Notes under the pieces: model-generated
Database searches by the model: none
The model's input: the letters and a program-made list of their open reading frames with translations, nothing else
What the model was told of the DNA's origin: nothing
Virus record (IMG/VR): IMGVR_UViG_3300031998_000008
Span: 64,001 to 128,000 of that record
Reading direction: 5' to 3' (one strand)
DNA length: 64,000 nt
Source of the DNA: a virus
Lineage: Duplodnaviria; Caudoviricetes
Translations under genes and position numbers: made by a program
Part shown: positions 57,361 to 64,000 of the stretch, piece by piece
Layout of the letters: each line of letters opens with the position of its first letter
Numbering within the stretch: position 1 is the stretch's first letter

Positions 57361-57386
57361 AAAAAAAGCGGTCAAATGGCCGCTTT
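57359..57386. terminator. bidirectional terminator
   Basis: AAAAGCGGTC-AAAT-GGCCGCTTTT. Confidence 0.75.
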
Positions 57387-57390
57387 TCTT

Positions 57391-58530
57391 TTATATTGCA
57401 TATATTCCTAATGGCGTATATTGCTGCAACTTAACGTTGCTTTCCATTAGTTCTGCTTGCTCTTTCATCATATTTGCAGGTCTCATTCTTTCAAGACGTT
57501 TTATTAATGCTTCCATGGCAGCATCGTATTCTTCTTTACCTTGTTGGATTAACATTTGGTAATCCATTGTCATTTCTGCTTGAGGAATACTTACCTTTCC
57601 TGAGAATTTACCTCTAATAAGACCAAGAGTTTGTTTTGCTTTTGCTATGAGCAATTGACGAACAATAACTTTTGCAGGTTCATTCAAGAAATCATATTGC
57701 ATGCTTTCCATTGGAACTTGGTCGGGGCTTAAAATAACGTCATCGGCGTGGTATAACATACACTCATCTTCACTTCCGTCTGATGTGTCATAATAAGTGT
57801 ACCATACTTCACATCCTATAAGTCCGATTCCACCTGTTGCTGTTGCACCTGCAAATCCAAATGATAATTTACTTCCTGGTGTTGACATTAAGTGCAATAA
57901 ATGTGTTCCGTCAGGACCTGCTGTTACCTTATAAGTTAAGTCGCCTCTGAATAATCTACTCTTGAAGTTCAAGTCTGCTGCCATATAAGCAACATCCATT
58001 GCTTGTGTTGTGTAGAATCCGCCAAGTCCGCCACCATATCCATATCCTGCTCCAACTTGACCAAGACCTGGCATGAATCCAACACCGCCGCCCATGTAGT
58101 TTGCAAATAAAGCGGTATCAGTCATAGGTGGGTTTACGTACATAACCTTATTAATTGTTCTTCCAGATGGTATTACATAAACTTGCTTACCTGCTTCAAT
58201 TGTTACGAAATCCTTTTTAAGTTCCCATGGACCTTCTTGTTGCAATCCAACTTGTTTTGAAAACCAATATGAGTATTGTTTTGTTAAATCAAGGTTTCTC
58301 ATCATAAAACCATACATTAACTCTTTTGCATTACTCATATTTTTTCCATAGAATCCCATCCATTGGTTCGCAATTATTTCATTTTGAACCCTTTCTGAAT
58401 AGTCTTGTATTGCAATTTGCAAAAGGTCACATAATTGTTCATCAGTCAATTCGACACTTCTAACAGGAGCACCGAGTGCTGAACGAACAAGTCTGAATAA
58501 ATATTCTATATCTTTTGTTATTTTAGTCAT
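57391..58530 (-). CDS. gp13: neck protein (T4 gp13-like)
   Basis: LGAPV..VELTDEQL.D....A...Y; A.AK..LG..R.KF....P...G.EE. Confidence 0.85.
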   Translation of the reverse strand: MTKITKDIEYLFRLVRSALGAPVRSVELTDEQLCDLLQIAIQDYSERVQNEIIANQWMGFYGKNMSNAKELMYGFMMRNLDLTKQYSYWFSKQVGLQQEGPWELKKDFVTIEAGKQVYVIPSGRTINKVMYVNPPMTDTALFANYMGGGVGFMPGLGQVGAGYGYGGGLGGFYTTQAMDVAYMAADLNFKSRLFRGDLTYKVTAGPDGTHLLHLMSTPGSKLSFGFAGATATGGIGLIGCEVWYTYYDTSDGSEDECMLYHADDVILSPDQVPMESMQYDFLNEPAKVIVRQLLIAKAKQTLGLIRGKFSGKVSIPQAEMTMDYQMLIQQGKEEYDAAMEALIKRLERMRPANMMKEQAELMESNVKLQQYTPLGIYAI

Positions 58531-58549
58531 TGCAAATAATTACTTTACT

Positions 58550-58557
58550 ATAAATAG
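58550..58557 (-). promoter_or_regulatory. putative late promoter CTATTTAT
   Basis: Octamer upstream of neck gene. Confidence 0.7.
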
Positions 58558-58562
58558 TTTGT

Positions 58563-60455
58563 TTAGACAATAAGCCATCTATATGGGCTAAATTTATCTT
58601 GTTTAAGGTCTTTATTTGTATAGAACGGCATTCTAAAGTCTTTCTTAGGTTCAATTGTCATTTCTGTTCTATAAGTTATATTGTGCGTCAATGTTTGTGC
58701 TGTTAATGTTGCTGATGCAGTCCAAGCCTTTAACATCGCTTTATCCTTTTCCTTTGCTGCAATGAATTTCTTCATTGAGAAGTTTATAACGAATGTTGTC
58801 ATTGCTAAGCATGTCAAAGTATCATCATGACAACCGTCTTGGTGGTCAATCTTAGCACTTGGGCCTTTGTAAATCCAAGTGTCAAGTTCACCGATAACAC
58901 GTTTAGACCTAATTTTAATTTGGTTAGTTTTAACCATGTTTGCAAAAGCAGTAAGCATTTGGAAACGAACAGCATTACTATGGAATCCTGGCAATTTACC
59001 ATCTTCAGTTGGCTTCAATGATGAAGCGTCACGTTGCATTGTATATTTATTCAAATCAGCATCATCATAGTAAAGATTTGGATATTTAAGTCTCAAAAGC
59101 ATTAAAACTGTAGCGTCACCGACACCACCTATACATTCAACAACACAGAACGCATCTCCATACATTTTACCATATCTATATGCGAGTTCACCAACATCGT
59201 CACCTGTCATTTTTCCATGGTATTCAAGAACTTGTTCAAGGCATGGCGTTCCATCATCATCAATACCATCCAAATCAAGAATTTCTATTGCAGTTCTATC
59301 TGCTGCATCACCTCTTGAGTTATCTATTCCCATTACATATCTATGCCCTGGTATTGGCTCTTTCCATATCCATGTATCATCAATTAACGGGTCCACATAC
59401 AATGGGTCTTTAACATTAAGTTTTTCCTGCATTTCAATAAATTCAGGTTCAACAACGTTTGATGCTGACCCCAAGAATGAAACATCCAACTCTTGTGCAA
59501 TTTTTTGTGAGTCGTTGTTGAATTGCTGACACATTTTTATGTACCAAGGTGAACGTGGGAGCCAACCGTCATTAATCATTTGGTCCCAATGTTCTTGGTC
59601 ATATTTTATATTACCCTCTTTATCAAGTAATGGCTCTTTTTCAATTAAAACTTCTCCTGTTTCTTCATCTTTTTTGGTCCATTCCAAGAACTTATTATAT
59701 CTTGGGTCTTGATACCATTTCATTTCAACAAGTTCAAAAGCGTTCCAATCTTTTGTTCCTTTTAATTTTGCTTTTCTACAAGTTTCATAGTAAAGCATAT
59801 CTTTACCGTTAGGGGTTGAAATCATGATAATGTGACCACCTGTTGAAACTGTAGGAAGTGCTGATGCGTAAACGTCTTTACCGTTTTCAATAAATGCAGC
59901 CTCATCGAATATAAGCCAGTTAACACCACCGACACCTCTAGATGCGTCAGGACCTGATGAACGTGCTACAACTTTACATCCGTTTTTAAGTTTAAGTTCC
60001 TTTGAGTTACATATTTCAAATATAACATTTTTGTTAGGCGGTGGAAGCAATGGGTCATATCCAATATCCATGTATTCATCACCCCACATCCATAACGGGA
60101 ATTGTAGTAAGAAGTATCTGATTTTAAACAACATTTGTTGTGCAAGGTCCAAAGTATTACCAATTGCCAAAACGGTTTGTGGTGAATCTTTGTCAGCAAG
60201 AACCATTTCACAGGCGATAAAAGCACCTGCCGTTGTTGTTATACCTGCCTGTCTTGGCTTTGTTGTAACAACGTTGTTTGCATTACCCAATACTTTACAC
60301 AAATCTTGCTGTCTTGGGAATAATTTGAATTGAACATCCCTTTTCTTTGTGTTATCGTATGTTTTAAGGAAGTGCTGTATCATATAGACACGGCTCTTAT
60401 CCTTATAACACTTTGTGTATTCTAACGCTAAATAATCATAATCTATTATCTGCAT
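58563..60455 (-). CDS. gp17: terminase large subunit (T4 gp17-like)
   Basis: KPRQAGITT Walker A, IFDEAAF Walker B, ISTPNG, QE....F, YVMGID, HDD. Confidence 0.95.
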   Translation of the reverse strand: MQIIDYDYLALEYTKCYKDKSRVYMIQHFLKTYDNTKKRDVQFKLFPRQQDLCKVLGNANNVVTTKPRQAGITTTAGAFIACEMVLADKDSPQTVLAIGNTLDLAQQMLFKIRYFLLQFPLWMWGDEYMDIGYDPLLPPPNKNVIFEICNSKELKLKNGCKVVARSSGPDASRGVGGVNWLIFDEAAFIENGKDVYASALPTVSTGGHIIMISTPNGKDMLYYETCRKAKLKGTKDWNAFELVEMKWYQDPRYNKFLEWTKKDEETGEVLIEKEPLLDKEGNIKYDQEHWDQMINDGWLPRSPWYIKMCQQFNNDSQKIAQELDVSFLGSASNVVEPEFIEMQEKLNVKDPLYVDPLIDDTWIWKEPIPGHRYVMGIDNSRGDAADRTAIEILDLDGIDDDGTPCLEQVLEYHGKMTGDDVGELAYRYGKMYGDAFCVVECIGGVGDATVLMLLRLKYPNLYYDDADLNKYTMQRDASSLKPTEDGKLPGFHSNAVRFQMLTAFANMVKTNQIKIRSKRVIGELDTWIYKGPSAKIDHQDGCHDDTLTCLAMTTFVINFSMKKFIAAKEKDKAMLKAWTASATLTAQTLTHNITYRTEMTIEPKKDFRMPFYTNKDLKQDKFSPYRWLIV

Positions 60456-60482
60456 GGTATATTCTCCTTATAAATAAATATG

Positions 60483-60490
60483 ATAAATAG
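60483..60490 (-). promoter_or_regulatory. putative late promoter CTATTTAT
   Basis: Octamer upstream of terminase. Confidence 0.7.
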
Positions 60491-60565
60491 CATAAAAATT
60501 GTTTTTTTACTAAATAATTTGATTGGTAAGAAAATATTTTGTATAATAATAAAAATATTGATTTT

Positions 60566-60976
60566 ATGTTTGATTACGAGATTTATTCTAAGAAATCTTA
60601 TAGCGAGTTAGTTACTGAACAAAATAGGCTTGAAGAAAAATATGAGCAAGTGGAAACAGAATGTCTTAATGATAATTTGACATTTGCTGAGTTCTGTAAC
60701 AAGGTCCATGATGTTAAGGAACGTTTATTCATGGTTGATAAGTTTATGAGATTGAAAAGAGACCCCATTTTAACATATGGTAAAGAGTGGTCTGGACATT
60801 TATACGAAATAAATAATTTTAAGGAAATGTGTGAACATGAAATGTTTACTGATGATGATGGCATTGGATATTATGCAACTGAAACAGCAAAAAGTGACAT
60901 AATTATAAGACCATCTGATTTTGACCAAAAAATGGTTAGAGAAGATTTCACACACGTTCTTTGGTTTAATAAATAA
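60566..60976 (+). CDS. conserved phage hypothetical protein
   Basis: FTDDDG.GYYA...THVLWFNK C-terminus; ATG 60566 preferred. Confidence 0.65.
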   Translation: MFDYEIYSKKSYSELVTEQNRLEEKYEQVETECLNDNLTFAEFCNKVHDVKERLFMVDKFMRLKRDPILTYGKEWSGHLYEINNFKEMCEHEMFTDDDGIGYYATETAKSDIIIRPSDFDQKMVREDFTHVLWFNK

Positions 60977-60982
60977 TTTAAA

Positions 60983-61177
60983 ATGGAAGTAGTACTTAAA
61001 GTTTTGGGCATTATTGCCTTGATTGTTGTTTTAGCAATTTTGTTTTCATTTCCAACAATGTGGCTTTGGAATTGGTTAATGCCAACGTTGTTTGGGCTAA
61101 CAAAAATAACTTGGGTTCAAGCCCTTGGAATAAATGTCTTGAGTGGTATTTTGTTTAGACCATCTTCAGGAAAATAA
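60983..61177 (+). CDS. small membrane protein
   Basis: WLWNWLMP.LFGL..IT..QALG hydrophobic peptide. Confidence 0.7.
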   Translation: MEVVLKVLGIIALIVVLAILFSFPTMWLWNWLMPTLFGLTKITWVQALGINVLSGILFRPSSGK

Positions 61178-61192
61178 AAATTTTTAATTATT

Positions 61193-61909
61193 ATGAATTT
61201 TGGTGAAGCAATTGAAGCCTTAAAGAAAGGTAAAAGAGTTACAAGAAAAGGTTGGAACGGCAAGAATATGTTCCTTTGGCTGTTACCTGCATCAATGGTT
61301 AAAGCTGAATGGTGCAAAGATGAATATTTAAAGGGCCTTGCAGAAGCAAATGGTGGTGAAGTCGAATGTCTTGGCGCTATACGTATGAAAACTGCTGACA
61401 ATAAAGTTTTGACGGGTTGGTTGGCAAGCCAAACAGATATGTTGTCTGAGGATTGGGAACTTTATGGAGAAAGTGAAAATTCTACAACCGATGATTGGAA
61501 TTGTCGTGGTGTTAGATTCTTCCGTGCAGATGTTTGTCCAATATCATTTGAGGATGCTGAAGTCAATGGCGAAGATGATGATGAGGATGAGCCAAATATT
61601 CCATGTTATGAAGATGGAAGATGGAATATTCTTATTGACATTAAGACCGGTAAAGTTTTAAATTGGAAACAAGGTGTTGAGGCACGTGTCTATTATAAAG
61701 TTGTTGATGAGGGTGTATATACCATGTACGACAATTCTATGAGAAAAGTTGATGAATATGAAGGATATGTTCCTGATTTAATGTCTCTTGATGATGAAGG
61801 TTATGGCGATTATATGAATCTAACAATCAATGAAGATGGTTTCATTGAAGATTGGCCAGACAATGAAGATATTAGTTCATATATTGACGAAGTTTTTGAC
61901 GAATGCTAA
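61193..61909 (+). CDS. DUF2829/Tad2-like anti-defence domain fused to acidic C-terminal domain
   Basis: MNFGEAIEALKKGKRV.RKGWNGK.MF...GW.ASQTDML.EDW; about 145 extra aa. Confidence 0.8.
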   Translation: MNFGEAIEALKKGKRVTRKGWNGKNMFLWLLPASMVKAEWCKDEYLKGLAEANGGEVECLGAIRMKTADNKVLTGWLASQTDMLSEDWELYGESENSTTDDWNCRGVRFFRADVCPISFEDAEVNGEDDDEDEPNIPCYEDGRWNILIDIKTGKVLNWKQGVEARVYYKVVDEGVYTMYDNSMRKVDEYEGYVPDLMSLDDEGYGDYMNLTINEDGFIEDWPDNEDISSYIDEVFDEC

Positions 61910-61928
61910 ATAATGAATTGCGTGTATT

Positions 61929-61962
61929 AAAAAAGCCAATTAATAATAGTTGGCTTTTTTTT
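61929..61962. terminator. bidirectional terminator
   Basis: AAAAAAGCCAA-loop-TTGGCTTTTTT. Confidence 0.8.
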
Positions 61963-61969
61963 GTTTTAA

Positions 61970-62116
61970 TTAATTATTATAAAGTAATATATTTTTCAGT
62001 AAAATTTCATTATATAATTCTTCTTTTGGTAATTGTACCCAATTGTTATCAATTTTCTTATAAAAATAATTCGCCTTAATATATTCTGATTCTTTTTTGA
62101 TGTAAATATCTTTCAT
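61970..62116 (-). CDS. 48-aa hypothetical protein (tail-fibre-associated-like)
   Basis: MKDIYIKKESEYIKANYFYKKIDNNWVQLPKEELYNEILLKNILLYNN*; below ORF-track cutoff. Confidence 0.5.
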   Translation of the reverse strand: MKDIYIKKESEYIKANYFYKKIDNNWVQLPKEELYNEILLKNILLYNN

Positions 62117-62139
62117 ATTTTTAATTTTATGAAAAATTA

Positions 62140-62511
62140 TTAACTTTGTAAGTATATATCACCATTTGTTCCAATTGAATTATTTGGTGTTTCATTACCG
62201 TAATAAACTGTAATCGGAGTAACTAAAGCAAATTTTCCATTAACTACTTGTATAATTTTACCATTATCAATTGATGTTACTTGTGGTAAGTGTAGCGCTG
62301 AATTTTCTGTATGTGCTGAAAGTTTAGCATCTCTTATCTCATCGCAAGAAAATGTTGTAATTCCACTTTCGCTATTTAGTGTAGAAATTGTTTCAAATCC
62401 TTTTGCAAAATTAATTTCAATTTCTCCGTGTAATAATTCTTCTGATAATGGTAATTTAGGATTATTGTTGACAACATTTAAAGTGTTTTTGTGTATTATT
62501 TTTCTACTCAT
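62140..62511 (-). CDS. short tail-fibre/decoration-like protein
   Basis: L.HGEI.IN, LP.VT..DNGK...VVNG, G.NGDIY.Q. Confidence 0.55.
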   Translation of the reverse strand: MSRKIIHKNTLNVVNNNPKLPLSEELLHGEIEINFAKGFETISTLNSESGITTFSCDEIRDAKLSAHTENSALHLPQVTSIDNGKIIQVVNGKFALVTPITVYYGNETPNNSIGTNGDIYLQS

Positions 62512-62533
62512 TACAATATTTATTATACGTTTA

Positions 62534-62956
62534 TTAAATTAAATTTAGTTCTTTTTTAGCCAAATTGAATGACTTTGCTCTTTGTATGAAAGATAGAACT
62601 TCTTGCTTATTTTTGAATTTTCTTGGAAATGAATTATCAAATACTTCCCAATGTCCATTTCTGTATATAACGGCGTTTACTTCCCATCCTAAGTAATTCC
62701 AATATTTGTTATACCAACCGTTTGCGGGATTCATATTGTCAGGGTGTTCGTACCTTTTATATGCGCTTAACCTGATGCCGCAATCATCTGAACATATTAC
62801 GATTGATTTTGGGGTGCTCTCAAGCACTCTTTCACCATTTTCATAGTCCAAGTATTCCCATTTCTTTCGATTGATTAGGATTGATTTTTCCTCGCTTAAA
62901 ATGGATTTTATTGAGTTGTATATTAATTGAGATAATTTATTTTCTGATATAACCAT
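62534..62956 (-). CDS. hypothetical protein with LTExQL-type tag
   Basis: MVISENKLSQLIYNSIKSILSEE. Confidence 0.7.
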   Translation of the reverse strand: MVISENKLSQLIYNSIKSILSEEKSILINRKKWEYLDYENGERVLESTPKSIVICSDDCGIRLSAYKRYEHPDNMNPANGWYNKYWNYLGWEVNAVIYRNGHWEVFDNSFPRKFKNKQEVLSFIQRAKSFNLAKKELNLI

Positions 62957-62976
62957 TATTAGTGGTGTTTTTCTAT

Positions 62977-62984
62977 ATAAATAG
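62977..62984 (-). promoter_or_regulatory. putative late promoter CTATTTAT
   Basis: Octamer upstream of 62956. Confidence 0.7.
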
Positions 62985-62996
62985 TCAAAAGGGCAT

Positions 62997-63030
62997 AAAA
63001 AAAGGAGAGATTTGAGGTCTCTCCTTTTTT
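62997..63030 (-). terminator. terminator after major capsid gene
   Basis: AAAAAAGGAGAGA-loop-TCTCTCCTTTTTT. Confidence 0.85.
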
Positions 63031-63046
63031 ATTATTAGATGTTAGA

Positions 63047-64000
63047 TTATCTAATTTCTTGTGGGTCCCATTGTACAAGACCATCAACTTTAACAGCTCC
63101 GTAGAATCTGTTGTTAACGCACTTCTTAGCGTATCTTGTCATGATACCCTTAACAGGTGCAAAGTTTTCAGGGTTGTAGATGGTTGGGGTCAATTGCATT
63201 GGGATATAAGGTGCATAGATGTAACCTGTATCCAATAATGATTTACCCTTATGACCGATAATTATTGACCATGCTGGTGAATATGGGTCTCTATAAACTT
63301 GGTATCTGTTTTGAAGAGCACCGATTCTTTCAATACCCATATTGTATTGGTCTGATTCAGCGTTAGCGTCTGAAACGTGGAAGTATTCCAAGTTATCGAA
63401 GACTGCTGAGATTTCTGATGACACAACGATGAAGTTAGCGCCACCTCTAAGAGTTGTCTTGTGGATTTGAGCTGAAACTTGGTTAATCTTAGTCATTAAC
63501 TCTTGGTTCCAGTCCTTTTGAGTATAGTTGGTTGAGAAACCAGCTTGTCTTCTCCATCCGTTGACATCCCATCTTGCTTGCCATGGAGCAAACTTTCTAA
63601 GGTCTCTAAGGATTTCACGGTCAATTTCAGCAGCGATTTGTTCTGACAAAAGTGCTGTCAATTCTGCTTCAGCGTCAATGTTATGGAAAGCACTAACGTC
63701 TTGTGCAAGTTCTGGTGACCATGTTGCTCTAAGTTTTCTTTCTTCAACTGCAACTGTTACGCTGTCAAGTTTGAAAGAAACTTCACCGATTTCAGTTTCA
63801 AGTTCTAATGAGTCGTATTGTGACCAAGCGACTGCGAACATTGATGGGTCAATTGTTTCAGTGTAGTCAATACCTTTGTAACCGTCTAATGAGTCACCTT
63901 GTTTCTTAACTGGTTTTGCCAAGTCAAGGTCAATAAGGATTGAACCGTCAGGTGTGCAGACGTTGTTGTATTCAACCATACCTTTACCGTATTTTTGTGA
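63047..64000 (-). CDS. gp23: major capsid protein (T4 gp17-type phage gp23-like), 3' part; start outside window
   Basis: RKLRA.WS.ELAQD..A.H.IDAE.EL...L..EIDREI; G..YAPY.P; F.P..G..TRY. Confidence 0.96.
   Translation of the reverse strand, partial: SQKYGKGMVEYNNVCTPDGSILIDLDLAKPVKKQGDSLDGYKGIDYTETIDPSMFAVAWSQYDSLELETEIGEVSFKLDSVTVAVEERKLRATWSPELAQDVSAFHNIDAEAELTALLSEQIAAEIDREILRDLRKFAPWQARWDVNGWRRQAGFSTNYTQKDWNQELMTKINQVSAQIHKTTLRGGANFIVVSSEISAVFDNLEYFHVSDANAESDQYNMGIERIGALQNRYQVYRDPYSPAWSIIIGHKGKSLLDTGYIYAPYIPMQLTPTIYNPENFAPVKGIMTRYAKKCVNNRFYGAVKVDGLVQWDPQEIR

Noticed and set aside
22736-60455. Inteins in polymerase, terminase or portal
   Set aside because: No C...HN-C/S/T splice junctions or LAGLIDADG blocks seen; catalytic motifs in expected order.
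113-63866. Many 60-130 aa ORFs antisense to or nested in long genes (e.g. 2773-3162, 34846-35076, 53601-53942, 63528-63866)
   Set aside because: Shadow frames of real genes with no independent signals.
1-64000. Stop-codon reassignment as in Lak or some crAss-like phages
   Set aside because: Polymerase, sheath, portal and terminase are intact in code 11; TAG ends 20774 and 42127 and TGA ends several genes at plausible positions.
1-64000. Diversity-generating retroelement, retron, integrase or IS element
   Set aside because: No reverse transcriptase, recombinase or transposase motifs and no template/variable repeat pair noticed by eye.

Overview
AT-rich segment of a large T4-like (myovirus) jumbo-phage genome read in the standard code. 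The host is probably Bacteroidota (inference): there are no Shine-Dalgarno motifs, leaders are A-rich and TTG-N~19-TAnnTTT(A/G)-like early promoters are present. Virion genes are dispersed: major capsid protein (3' part), terminase, portal, neck gp13/gp14, tail terminator, sheath, tube, tape measure, baseplate spike. The window also encodes a family B DNA polymerase, SNF2 helicase, dUTPase, gp55-like late sigma factor, two free-standing homing endonucleases, many glycosyltransferase-like genes, and candidate counter-defence genes (NADAR, Tad2/DUF2829 fusion). Main observations: (1) the octamer CTATTTAT, overlapping the reverse complement of the T4 late promoter, lies about 15-33 nt upstream of 18 mostly late genes; (2) unrelated proteins share an N-terminal 'LTExQL..I..E..K.IL.E' tag, a candidate capsid-loading/protease-cleavage system for injected cargo (muramidase-like, ADP-ribosyltransferase-like, metallopeptidase-like); (3) a ~110-nt structured non-coding RNA candidate behind the late motif; (4) a candidate +1 frameshift upstream of the tape measure gene; (5) four paralogues resembling the capsid protein N-terminus; (6) a multi-stem leader on the late sigma gene; (7) an origin-like repeat/AT element. 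All family assignments come from motif recognition by eye; no database search was run.
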